In this document: positions 10,307-22,830 of the stretch, piece by piece | Numbering within the stretch: the stretch's first letter is position 1 | How the letters are laid out: every line of letters starts with the position of its first letter | DNA from: Ruditapes philippinarum | Lineage: Eukaryota | Direction: 5' to 3' | DNA: 64,000 nt | Assembly (NCBI RefSeq): GCF_026571515.1 | Contig: NW_026854357.1 | Coordinates: forward strand, 1 to 64,000 | Notes under the pieces: model-generated | The model's database searches: none | Told to the model about the DNA's origin: nothing | Seen by the model: the letters and a program-made list of their open reading frames with translations, nothing else | Made by a program: the position numbers and the translations under genes

Positions 10307-11105
10307 AACAAGATATGTTTGTAAAACATGCATGCCCCCTATTGGCAGCAAATTAGTCGTGTGATCAAGTTAGTACAACTGACTTGACCTCATGACCAAA
10401 AAATCAATAAGGGTTAATCACTGGTCATGACAAGTCACTAGGTAATTTTGACGGCAAGAGTTGTGTGCAGCAATTTTATGACAAAGTTATTACAAATCTT
10501 ACCAAAAACTAATTGAATAAATGTTTTGAATTTTGAAGGCCTCATTAATGACAGCCAAGTTGTTATATTACATAAGACCTTGAAATGTGTATACCAAAAT
10601 GAATTTAAGTTTAATAAAAAATATCAACCAAGGCAACTTGAGTTATTGAGATATTTGTCAGAAACAGTCTTTACATACAAGGTCAATATTACATTAACCT
10701 TTGACCCTTAAATAAATAGGGATTATCTACTGACCAAGACCAATGCAGCTGTGAAGTTTGAAGGTAAAGGGCCCATGAGTTGGGATATTGATCAGAAAGC
10801 ACCGTTTTAAAATACAAGGTCAATGCAAAGTTTGAAGTTCCTAGGCCTATGTGTTCTTAAGTTATTGATCGGAAACTGTTTTTTCCTACAAGGTCAATGT
10901 GACCTTGACCTTTGAGTCATTGACTTTAAAATCAATAGTGATCATCTTCTGGTCATGACTAATCCTTATACTAAGTTTAAAGTTCCTGGGCCTAAGCGTT
11001 TTTTAGTTATCACTCGGAAACCATTTGGTCTACGCATCGACGGTCTGACCGACAGACAAATGCAAAGCGATAAACCCCCACTTCTTTGCAAGAGGGGGGG
11101 GCATT
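10307..11105 (-). mobile_element. Degenerate non-autonomous Helentron-type element (HINE)
   Basis: AACAAGATATGTTTGTAAAACATGCATGCCCCCT at the left end. GACCGACAGAC microsatellite and CCCCCACTTCTTTGCAAGAGGGGGGGCAT hairpin/subTIR at the right end. Internal TGACCTTGACCTTTG repeat units. Confidence 0.8.
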
Positions 11106-11114
11106 ATTACCTCT

Positions 11115-12098
11115 TTGGACACCTAGTTCTTACACCAAAGAAGTTTTTAAAAGCCTTTACAAGCTTAGAAGCATATAACTAGTTTGTCAACGGCCGGGTG
11201 GGGGAAAGGCACGTGAACAGTCTCTTTTCAAACTCTGGAATACATTCCGCGCTTCTCGGGAAACAACTTCACAGGTGAAGGTCGTGTGTACAAGTGACCT
11301 AAATGACTCTTCTGTCTCACTTATCAAAATAATCTGCTATCCTTGTATTAAACCTTTAACAAACAGGCAACAAAGTGAGGAAATGATAATGGAAAAAACG
11401 CTTTAAAGGCTTCCAATTAAGAAAGACAAAAACGTGTGTTAAAAAAATTCAGACTTCATCATTGCTACAAAAGTCTTATTCATTGGAGGATCGCCAGATG
11501 GTGTAGTTTTAAGCGACTGCTGCGGAACAACAACTGTAGTGTTGAAGTGTCCTTTCAATATTGAATGAGGATTTTGACAAATGTGACTACTTAGTAATTG
11601 ATGACATCGTTGATAAACGTTCGAAAACAAACCATCAATATTATTTACAAATACAAACTCAATTGGGCTGTTGGAATCTTGAATTTGGCTTTTTTATTGT
11701 CTGGACATAGAAACGATATTCATGTTGAACAGACCGTGTTTAACTAGGTTGTTTTTTGTTGTTGTTGTTTTTTTTTTTGTTTTTTTGGTGGGGGGCGTTA
11801 TGGGGCAAAACTTTCTCCAATGCAGCATCCTTCTGGAAATTGTAGGAAAATATAACCCTTAAAGTCAGACACTGTAACCAGCAGCATCAGGTAGCACACC
11901 ATAACAAACGGTTCTTTCAGTGGTGTGTTTAAACATCAGTCGTAATAATCAGTCCAATGAATCCGAAGAACTATACTGATTTAGTCAGAAATAAGAGTGC
12001 CTGTGACAATCAGAGCCGCAACAATGAGTGGTTTCATTATTAGTGTGTTGGAATTAGCTACAAGCCTCGTGGAAACGCGTATTGCAAGAAATGCAGGA
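11115..12098 (+). pseudogene. YqaJ-like (lambda-exonuclease family) + ING-type PHD finger relic, as in ISL2EU-type accessory genes
   Basis: Fragments in the expected order: AREQSLFKLWNTFRASRETTS...SVSLIKIICYP; FIGGSPDGVVLSDCCG...LKCPF; HQYYLQIQTQL...FFIVWT; ACDNQSRNNEWFHY*CVGISYKPRGNAYCKKCR. Confidence 0.85.
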
Positions 12099-12310
12099 GT
12101 TAATTGTAGGGATGTCATCCGGAGTCCAGATATCCGAACGTACGAATCGCGATTCGATGTCCGAAATTAATTTTTCAGATCCGGATATTCGTATGAAGTA
12201 TTTCTGTTGTTTTTTCCAGAACAATGAACTAAAACATGTCATAATTATGTGTCATATACTTGCGTTGAGATAACCGACCTCGTCATTGTGATTGCATCTC
12301 TTTAGCGCGT

Positions 12311-12516
12311 ACCTAAGATATGACAATACACAACGTATACATACATAATCGTATATATGCAAACCATAAAAAATCAATAATAACGTGAAGAAAATATATA
12401 ATGCTGGTGCACTACCTAAGATATGACAATACACAACGTAAACATACATATACGTATATATGCAAACCATAAAAAATCAATAATAACGTGAAGAAAATAT
12501 ATAATGCTGGTGCACT
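12311..12516 (+). repeat. 103-bp tandem duplication inside the hAT element
   Basis: ACCTAAGATATGACAATACAC...GCTGGTGCACT at 12311 and 12414. Confidence 0.9.
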
Positions 12517-13999
12517 GTCCTTGAAATATACTTAAGGACAATGAAAACGCACGCCAGCACTATATGCATTTTATTACATGAAAACAAAACACTAACGACG
12601 CTATAAGATATATATCATAACTCTAATACAAAACGCAAACTTAACGACTGAAAAAAATTCAAAATGTTAAAATCAGGAAATCCCCAAATCACACTTTTTC
12701 ATCACAGTAATGCAAACAAAGGCAAAAACCAAAGTGAAAATCCAAAACAAAGTCACTCATAAATGTCTATTCGTAATGTCACCGTCGGGATCTTTAGAAA
12801 CGACAACGCCCTCCATCAGCGTCTGTTACAGAATGATGTACATCGTCGCCTCATAGACATTACGGTGGAAATAGTCGCCTGTGGAATCTGACGCCTTTTG
12901 GCCTGTAGTGTAGTTCGAAAACAATGGCGAAGCCGAGAAATTGTAGACCGATGGACAACAAAACGGTTGGCGCTTTGTTTTTAAGATAGACCAGACTGAA
13001 ACTGTGCTAAATCTACCCAGCAGTTATTTCTTTATAGAACCATTGCATACAATTTGCTAGCAAGTATTCAGTAGTGTTTGAAATTTAGCACCTTTTATAG
13101 AGGAAAAGTGTGTATATGCAATTTCCAAATGAGCTTTTACGATTTCTAAAACTGACCATTGGCATAGTTTAATATTCATTTTTATAAAGGTTTTAATTGC
13201 TCATTTGTGTCTAACATTTCTAGAAAGGTGTGGAAAACAAGTAAATAATTTACATTTTAAAATAAAAGATAATTTAATTTCACGAAGAAACCATGAATTG
13301 GTTCAATCTGTTTTCTTTTAACTTCAATAAAATGCAACCATTTTTCATAACTTTGGTATCTAAATTGACCGGAATGCATTCTGATTTATGAAACTGTAAA
13401 ACATATTTAAAAGAAATATATTTTCTTTATTAGACTGATATTATCCCGACCGTGCGTTTTAATTGTCATTAAGTATACAATAATTGTTTCAATTATTATT
13501 ACCGATTGCGGCAAACAATTGCTTACTCAATATCTTCTTTTGTCCCGACAGTGAAACAAATGTCACACCTCTTGGATATTTATATTGATATTGAATTCGG
13601 TAATTGGTGCACGTACAAATGTTTTATACTCTTCTGTGAAGTTTTTGATTATTAATCTGTGTCGGTTTAATTATTCGGCCATAATTTTTAAAACAACTTT
13701 AAATTAAGTCTTTCTTATTGGCTTTCATAAAGCAACTCCTTTTCAATTAAATATTACTAATTATGTAAGAATAAAAATCTATTCGTTACTTTTAATTTTA
13801 AGTTTACGAGTGGTATTTATCTGGTGAACAGTGTCTTGTTCTTAAGGATTTTACTGATACCACTACTTCTATGTCTACAGAATCACACGTCTCTTGTTCT
13901 GAGATATACCCAATTGTGTTCGGTTTACGGAATGGATGTTTAAAAAGACAAAGTGCTGATCATAGTGTTAAAATAAAAGTTAAGTGCTATCCGCTCTGA

Positions 14000-14480
14000 A
14001 ATCAATACGCGTTCTCAGTGTGCCGAATCTTACCCATGTAAGCATCCCAATTTGACCCTTAATACAAACGTTTACCTTTCCTTACAGATGAACATCGAAC
14101 AACGCAAGGCTACGCACGAGATGTTAGATGAAAGTATCGACGAAATCCCATTACGTATCCCCGCACGTGTATACATTCAAACTCCCAAACGTCGTAAACT
14201 TAACTTCTGCAAATTTGAAAATGACCCGAAGAATGTGTCAAAATCGCAAATTATCTCGCTGACAAACCTTCTCAGGACTGTGAACCTTTAGATTGGTGGA
14301 AAAAAACGAAAACAAGCATCCAAACATCGCAAATACTGCAAGCCGCGTGCTTGCAGTTCCAGCTACTTCCGTTCCGTCAAAACGTATTTCCGGTGCCACT
14401 TGTATGTTGTTAAACAATTTAAGAAACAGATTCTCAAGCGACATTGTCGATAGTATCAGATTTATGGGGTTTTATTGTCG
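14000..14480 (+). pseudogene. hAT transposase C-terminal dimerisation-domain remnant
   Basis: DCEPLDWWKK / NENKHPNIANTASRVLAVPATSVPSKRIS...LRNRFSSDIVDSIRFM matches the PL-x-WW...PATSVPSER pattern. Confidence 0.88.
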
Positions 14481-15224
14481 TAAATTAAACTTGTCAATAA
14501 AATATTAACATTGTGATATTATGAGAAGGCGAAATACTTCAAGTTTCCTAGATTGGCGTGATTGCCAATTGCGAATATTCTTTTGTAATAAGATAATTTT
14601 CAGATACTTATAAAAACAGTTTTTTAAGAAAATACTTATATGATAATTGAGTTATTATATCTGACCAGCAAAGAAAGCTTTATTTTCAATTCAATATGAA
14701 TATTTTCTGTAGTCCTGGAAGAGTTGTCGTTCTTTGATAAAGAATATGTCGGGGAACTATCTTACTTATAAAATAATTATTATGTCCACATTTTTATATT
14801 AATTATACACTTTGAAACAATAATATTCATAAAAGGAGACGAAGGGTAAGGGCCAATAACAATATTGAATAATTGATAATAAGAAACAATCGATTTAAAA
14901 GAAATGAATAACGGCGCACTCTCACGTTAAAATGGTCGCGAAAATTGGTTACGTCAGATCAACGGACTCAGGCTGAAATAACGATTCGAACATCCGGATG
15001 TATTCGGAGTTCTGATTTGAGTATCCGGATCGTGAATTAGGCTCCGGATGACATTTCTAGTTAATTGACATCAATTTGTTAAGACTTTTTAATAATGATA
15101 TGAATATTATTGACGTCACATTGAGAAAGAAAAAAATATAAATAATATGAGTTACTGTTCAAATTTATCACCTTGTAAACTATGAACTTATTTCTCTTTA
15201 TTAAAAAGTATACAGTATCTTTAT

Positions 15225-16110
15225 AACAAGAACTGTCGGAGGCAAGTAACGCTCGACTATTCGAAAAGTTGTCACAAGTGTGTTTCATTGAGTATAATAA
15301 TGCTTACCTATATGAATACATAAAATTGTCACAAAAAGTACAAAGGCTTGTTATTCAGATGTTTTATCGAGTGAATCACTGCTTTATTATTATGAATGCA
15401 TAAAATTGTTCTAAAAAAAGCACAAACCCTTCAGTAGTTATGGAGAAACCAGCTTACAAGCAAAAACTTTACCAAGAATTTCTAAGCCGAAAAAGGTGCA
15501 TAATTATGAAAAAAAATCAGAATTATGGGACGTGTGCCAATCATGTTAAATAATCACAGAGAACAAGTGTGTGAAGTTTCAATTTATTCCCTTCAGTAGT
15601 TATGGAGAAACCAGCTTGCACGCAAAAACTTAACCAAAAATTTCTAAGTTGAAAAGGGGCATAATTATGCATAAAGCAAATCAGAGTTATGGGACTTGTG
15701 CCAATCATGTTATATAATTACAGAGAACAAGTGTGTGAAGTTTCAATCCATTCCCTTCAGTAGTTATGGAGATACCAGCTTGCACGCAAAAACTTAACCA
15801 AGAATTTCTAAGTCGAAAAAGGGGCATACTTATGCCAAAAAGGAAATCAGAGTTATGGGACTTGTGCCAATCATGTTAGTTAATCATAAAAAACAAGTGT
15901 GTGAAGTTTCAATCCATTCCCTTCAGTAGTAATAGAGATACCAGCTTGCACCAAGAATTTATAAGTTGAAAAAGGGCATAATTATGCAAAAAAGCAAATC
16001 AGAGTTATAGGACTTGTGCCAATCATGTTAGATAATCACAGAGAAAAAGTGTGTGAAGTTTCAATCCATTCCCTTCAGTAGTTATTGAGATACCAGCTTG
16101 CACGCAAAAG
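15225..16110 (-). mobile_element. Truncated HINE of the same end-family as 618-2053, with ~165-bp repeats
   Basis: AACAAGAACTGTCGG...GCTCGACTATTCGAA end. 15250-15500 aligns with 775-1025. CCCTTCAGTAGTTA anchor recurs at ~15427, 15589, 15753, 15919 and 16071. The second end is missing. Confidence 0.85.
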
Positions 16111-16207
16111 GTGTACCTGTAAAATAACAGAAGATCACTAACATAATATGATATGATAAACTACACTATCATTATCATTTGTCCACACAACACACACTAC
16201 ACAACTT

Positions 16208-17990
16208 TTATGCTCTCAATTTTATGAGCATATTGCTTACTTTCTTTTTTATATTGTCAATTGGTCTCTTAAACATTTCCCCATTTTCTTTGCAGCTTTT
16301 CTTTATTCCAATTTTTAGCTCATTTGTGTTTGGACACTTCAATGTCTGAAAATTTCTGTAAAACAATCTTTTCAATTCGCTCTCCTCTCCTTCTGTCCAT
16401 TTCTGCCTCTGTGTCTTCTTTCTATCTGTAAAAGGTACATTAAATTTAAAAGAGGCATAAGAATATACATAACTATATACCTTTGACTGTTAAATAATTT
16501 AAATGAACTAATTTACAGTAAAACTCTTTTAAGTCTCTGGTGGATGTTATAAGTCAGAAAAGTCAGACTGGAATCACATTTTAGTTTGGTACTCAACAAT
16601 TCTGCCAAGTTTAATCTTATGTGATCTATCTGGACAACTATATCATAAATGTTCAATATTTCACCCAACTTTGCATCTTCATATATTAACAGCTATATAT
16701 TCACCAGCCAGAAGGAAAAAATAAAACATAAAACAGCTGTCATATAGATATGTCGTGACAGAAGTAGCCAATGAGAAGCCTTTTATAATGTATCAAAGAA
16801 CTACTCATAAAGTGTCAGCCCAAACTAATTTTTGGTATTATATCATAATTTTAGTGGTACTTTTATGTGCCGTGTTTGACTTTTATTTTACCTTTTTCGG
16901 TGAAATATTGAAAACATCAGTGTGATATAACTCTACTATTTCATTTCTACTGTTGTTTTCTTTATGTTCTTGACATTCTAACTCATCCAGAACTGTCTAG
17001 TTAAAATATTTTCAGGCTAGTACATCAATAACATTTTGATTAAATTTCAAAACTACATGCAAATCGCAACATTGTGAAGTTATATGCAGTGACATGAAAC
17101 TGCAAACTTTTTGTTTGTAGCAATACCTGTGGTTGGCATATATGCGATGTTTTGTGTGTCCAGTACCATTGAAAATTATTGCAAAGAAATGATAAAGATT
17201 AAACAGATGTAATAACAGTAAAGCTGTATGCACTTATTTACCAAATTCTACTGTATATTACTCAACACACTTTCTATACAGTGATCTTTGACCTAATGAC
17301 TTGTAATGCTATATAGTCCAGTTATCTTTATGACTGCTAAAGCACAATACAATTTATGTTATAGATAACAGACGATGACTGTATATAATAAAAGCTGATA
17401 TATTAGCAAGATAATATAATTGATATAATTGGTCCTTTTCTCTTACTTTGTCCTGTCTTTGTTTTCTTTATCATGCTGTCGTTGCCATCGTCTTCTAAAA
17501 GCATAGCCATTGCCTCAAAGAAATCAATTGGACAATAATGAATAGGCTCATGCTTATTCGGAAGAAACAGCATTAAATTTAAAAATCAACATGGCTTTCA
17601 ACAAAATGGCAGTCTTAAAATCCCATACCTTCATCTGCCTCAGCCAATCTCAATATACTTATACTAGCTAGAAAAATATGTGCATTAATCTTTATTTGAA
17701 ATCATGAAAAATTAAAAAAAAATGTTTAAACAGTAAGAGGTGAGCACCAAAGAAGCATAACACAATTTCAGAGAATGTAATAAATTAAACCTGTTTTTAT
17801 CATACAAATTTCATGGATATTGCTTGAAAACATAAAGAAGGTTAATATGCCACAGTCAAAGTTTAAGTCAAGCATAATGAAACCATGATTTTGTTTACCT
17901 GTCAAGCTATTACGGATTAATTTAAATCTGATAACTTACTTCTTTTACTACTTTTCTCTTCGCCATCCTGACAATCTTCATCTTCAAGTT
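16208..17990 (-). CDS. Four 3'-terminal exons of a YR-element-type gene (acidic/basic linker + Myb/SANT-like tail); 5' part decayed
   Basis: Exons 17990-17940, 17667-17629, 17494-17447 and 16425-16208 all have canonical splice sites and are phase 1. They splice to LEDEDCQDGEEKSSKRTSISILRLAEADEEDDGNDSMIKKTKTGQNRKKTQRQKWTEGEESELKRLFYRNFQTLKCP...KRPIDNIKKKVSNMLIKLRA*. Confidence 0.65.
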
Positions 17991-19469
17991 CTACAAAAAC
18001 ACCAGCCTAAAGGTATCTTTCAAGAAGGAAAGTTGATATTGTTTTAAATATTTATATGGCTATCTAATTTTTTTGCATTTAAAATGTGCAGATAATATTT
18101 ACATATGCAAGGCAAAGAAGAAAATACATTCCTAGGCCAAATGGCATGCTTACTCAATGCTAGTGGAAAATAAGACATGTCAATTACAATTTCACATACT
18201 TGCTTTTTTAAGGGAGTGGATATATTTGTGATGTATCTTAATTTAAAAGTATTAAAAAAAAAAATTATTCTAAAATTTGCAAGCACAAAACTTGGTTAAA
18301 GTCAAACTCTGCTGGATATTGATGTGCGCTGGTAAATCTGTCAACCTACTTTTGTTGTTCAAAATCAGTGTTCATTCACCACAAACAACTGTATTTTTAC
18401 CTATACTTACAAAAGTAGTTTTGCATTATAGATGTCTATTCACCTTTTACTCACTTTAGCTTTAAATTAATTAATAATCCTCAAATTTCCTAATAATCAC
18501 ATTTATTGTTAATAAAGTCTGCAACTTTGTATGTTACTTTCACTATACATCAAGTGCGTGCTAAAGTATTGCAGTGACATCAGCTCTGATTGATTTTATT
18601 TAAAGGGCTTTTCAGTGGGACTGTTAGAAATAAAGTTTCATTTTATTTTATACGTATTTGGTGCATGATCTGCTACCACTCCTTAAAATGTTAATTGTGT
18701 ACATCATAATAATTGTTGAGTATCAATGAATACAATAATTTTGTTCTATATATTACAATTAATGTTTTTATTTATTTACTGTTAGAGGTGTTGGAACTGT
18801 TGAAAATTGTTTGAATTGTTGACGAACATTGTTTAAGATTGAACCACTTGTATAAAAGGTGGGGTTTCTCGCATGAGTCACTCCGAAGCAGAAAAAGGCA
18901 TTATCTAACCATTCATTTCTTCGTTTAATCTTAAATAAAGAAATTATCTTGTAAAATTATTTATACAAACATTTTTGGGGACATAACACATCTACAGCAA
19001 TCCTTGCATTGTTACATTCAAGCGTTGAACTTCAATAAAAAGTGATTTTTTCTGAAGATCTTTAATTTTGTTAGTCAGGCACCGACACCTCGTATTTGAT
19101 TCGCCAATTATTTTATACTTTGATTTCTTTCTATTATTCTTGACATTAAAGGTTAACTGATTTGGATAATTTATGTAAATGCTGTTTAATATGAAGAAAT
19201 AAACTTATTAACGGTTATTCATAGTCTATATTCCCACTTAGATTTTATTTAAGCTTTGTGTGGTTTTAATAATTGTTCACTTCTCTTGCTGCATGGTCAA
19301 TCTAAATTTACAGTTGTTCATTTGTCTACTCGGGACAGAAATAAATGTGAAATTTGAAGTAGAGCCTATTACAATTTCCTGTTACGATTGTCCTGACACA
19401 TAACAATATGGCAAATAGTCTGGTATCTCTGATAAACAATTGCATCAATTAGCTTATTTGTAACATATA

Positions 19470-19666
19470 AATGGTGGGTAAATCATACAACCATCCATTT
19501 GAACCTTGAAATTAGCAGACTGCAGCTTAGCCAATTCCATAGCTGATTGCTGAATTGTATGCACAATTTCACAGACATATATGACTGAACATACAATGTA
19601 TATAATAATGTCATACTTAAGTTCTGTTTCTATCTTCAGATCAAGGTTAGAAAACTTATGAATCAA
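19470..19666 (-). pseudogene. Garbled catalytic C-terminal exon of a second YR family
   Basis: NLDLKIETELKY...IVHTIQQSAMELAKL...MDG resembles the L-x-L-xxx-EL...GH-xxx-VH-xxx-YR...ELAKV...G tail recalled for animal YR proteins. The GH and Y residues are not intact. Confidence 0.45.
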
Positions 19667-19756
19667 TTTGGACAGGATAAGAGTGTTACAAAGAGAGGAA
19701 AAACATACACTGGTGTTAAAAGGTAATAAGTTTTACATACAAAAAATTATTTTTCC

Positions 19757-20175
19757 TTTTTTATGCATCCGGGCATGTAGTTATTGAACCGTCTGTCCAT
19801 CCATATGCACTTAACCTAAAACGACAAGTTGGATTTTTCTTTAGTTCTCCCTGTACTTATGGCTTCATCAATTACTCACTACTACTATGGCTTCATAATT
19901 TACACACTACTTCTTAATACAAAGTACATGATCTTGTAAAACTCGGGCGTCCAATGTTTTCCAAGTTCTCAGACTTTGCAAATGGATACGGTGAACCTAA
20001 AGCGGTAAGTTGGATATATCTTAAGTTCTATCTATACTCATAATAACCACACTTACTTATCAATATAAGGTACGTGATATTGCCAAGTTATATGACAGTT
20101 ACTGTGCCATCCATTTTACAGTCACAGTCTAACTTGCCCATGTTACCACTTGTATTAGGCATCTTTTTGCTAACA
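19757..20175 (+). mobile_element. Old HINE-like relic
   Basis: TTTTTATGC...GGGCAT start, CCGTCTGTCCATCC microsatellite, and an internally repeated AACCTAAA..AAGTTGGAT block (19813, 19994). Confidence 0.4.
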
Positions 20176-20744
20176 ACTTAAATGGTTTTAGAGAACGCCT
20201 CCTCGTGACGTCACAATTGTTAACAATCAAAACACAATAATTTTATATTGTGTGAAAAACTTTATATCCAAACAATTTTTAGTATATGCAAATGAAGTTA
20301 TGTAAACATGTGATGCGTATTATCCAAAAGAATTGATCGAACAAAGCAATGCTCTTCCCCTACTGTATTATTTCTTTATTATCTTGCCCTTATTGATCAA
20401 TGTTAGAAATTCAAATTTGTTTTTGGACTTTTAGACCTCTCAATTGAAAGTTTGCTGTAAATAGAATAAAATGTATACACAAAGGGAAATTAAACACAGA
20501 ATGGTGACATTCAAGAGTTATAATTCTGGGAACTAGCTGCCATTCATTATCATTTTCATATTCATTTCTTCTTTCAGGTAGATGTCGTGTTCAGTGGAAG
20601 TCGGATGTAATGATTTCCATGCAAATGCATTATGAGCAGACTGTCAGAAATTAAAATATTAAAGTAAATGACTTATAAAACAAGAGATGAAATTGTGGAA
20701 ACATTTGTGTTTACTGCTCTACTTTCTGCAAAAAATGCATTATA

Positions 20745-21601
20745 CACTGAGCAAAAACAGAAACGTGACTGTATATTTTATTATAATTGTCAGGGAATTG
20801 ATGACAGAAATGTTTAAACGAATGTTGGGCATGACAAAGAGATGCATGCACAACATTGATACGCATTTTGTTGTTTATTAATTATGTTTAAGTTTGTAAG
20901 ATTACGCTACTTAAAAGGAAGGGGTCAAATTCAATTTATCAATTTTGTGGCTATAACGTTTTGACTACGTGCAGATAGGTTTAAATAATTTCATTAACAG
21001 TTTTTAAATGCATGCGATTTTTTTCATTTGATTCAATATCGGTTGTGGCCACCTATCGCTCTAAGTGAAGGTCAAGGTCGCCGGTCTGAAACTGTCGCGT
21101 AAGTGAGTTAAAGCAATTGCACGGCCATCCATTTGATGAGTTGCCCTTTGCTTACCTGACCTTGGACGATCGTGCACATCACCTGTAAGTCTATAGCGCG
21201 ACTGACAAGTTCATGAACTGTGTTGCGACTGCAGTTAAACGTTCTATCCACGTCAACAACAGATGCCCCATCCAGCAGCATTCCTATTGCTTGATTTCTG
21301 TCTGCTTCTGATAAACGTGGCATTGTGAAAGCTATCAAGTTTAGGTTCGAATAACACTAAATTGATACTGAACACATGTATAGTGCCTTACATCACTGCC
21401 TATCTAACATCGTTTAGCATGAACGGGGTTCACGTGCAAAAACTAAAATTGTACGCTTAGCTGCATTCTACTGGTCAAAACAAAAAATATGTCTAGTGTT
21501 TAAATAGTACATGAATACCGACTAAACATCTTTTGATTTAAATAACAAATTATAAAATATTTAAAAGAAGTAAAGTGTCACGTTTCTATTTTTGTTGAGT
21601 A
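20745..21601 (-). mobile_element. Tc1/mariner deletion derivative
   Basis: TIRs CACTGAGCAAAAACAGAAACGTGAC / GTCACGTTTCTATTTTTGTTGAGTA flanked by TA. Retains the N-terminal HTH from ATG 21323: MPRLSEADRNQAIGMLLDGASVVDVDRTFNCSRNTV.../DRPRSGKQRAT. Confidence 0.9.
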
Positions 21602-22775
21602 TACAATACAGTGTACTTTCAAATAAAAAATATTAAGAATGAGATGAGGGATTTCATTTAGTCTGAATCTCAATTCATCTTTTTATTGTAGTAACAAGGT
21701 TTTTAATGCGAACCCTTTGCTCACCTAGTCTGTTTTTTTTATTCAGAAATATTGGAAAAGGGGTATATAAAAGTGTCAATGAAGTTCAGTTTTGTAATTG
21801 CCATGGCTCCAGTTTTACTTTAAATTACATTGTATTAACAAGCAATGCAAAACCTTTTCTACTTTCGACATGTTTGAACGTTTTATTTAATAATATTGGA
21901 AAAGGGGCATGTTCAAATAACACTTTTGTCTGAAGATGGCTTCTGTCAGTAGCACTGTTAGTAACGTTGTATTAATAAGTTATGCATACCCTTTTCTGTT
22001 TTCGCCATGTTCCAGTAGAAAGGGGACATTTTCAAAATACCAATGTGACATTTTTCAAATATATTTCTATTTTATATTAAAAAAAAGTTATCAAATGAGC
22101 AAAATGCGGGTGCTCAGTTTCATGCAGGGTTATTTCAGATCAAACCTTGTAATTTATAAATCAATATAATTTGTCATTATGGAATTGTGTAAATTGATAT
22201 TTGGCTATTTATTGTAATGTGTAACATACGAAAAACTTAAAAACCTGAAGATATATGGCGGTTTTTGCATTAAAAAATTAAGATTTTTTCAATTGTGCAG
22301 CCATACAAATGCTGAATGTAATAAAAAGAAAGTAAATATGCTGTATCATTTAATAGTAAAACTTGGGTAAGTCGAAGAGGAAGGGACTTTAAATTTTAAA
22401 TAATCGACTTATCGGGACTTCGATTCATTAGTCGTTCTCAATTAAATGGGACGTCGAATATATTCAAGCGATGTAGTTGTTGATGACGATTATTACATTA
22501 AATGTAAATCCCTTAATCAAAGTTTAAATGACAGATAATTCTGGAAGTATTGACCCTAGAGTTATATACTTTGTCGTATTATAATGATGTGAAAGTTGAT
22601 GTATGAGCAAGAAATACAGAAGGTAGAGTAAAATAGAACAATTTATAGGAAGAACTCATTCATAGTTCAAGGGAGAAATAATTGTGAAACTTGTAATGCT
22701 AAAGTAATGAGTCCTTTCACACATGAAATGGGTGCTGATATGAAGCATCTCTTTAAATAAGGCTTGAAGTTTTCG

Positions 22776-22830
22776 TATGTTTGATTGATTGGGTTTTACG
22801 TCACACCGACAAAATATGGCGATGTTCTAG
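22776..22830 (-). mobile_element. 3' tail fragment of SINE family 1
   Basis: Reverse complement matches 24578-24635 (CGCCATAT...GTGTGACGTAAAACCCAA). Confidence 0.65.

Larger units (their letters stand above)
12107..15059 (+). mobile_element. hAT-superfamily DNA transposon, internally deleted
   Basis: TIRs TAGGGATGTCATCCGGAG / CTCCGGATGACATTTCTA. Perfect 8-bp TSD GTTAATTG (12099-12106 and 15060-15067). Subterminal ATCCGGAT/TCGGA motifs at both ends. Confidence 0.93.
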
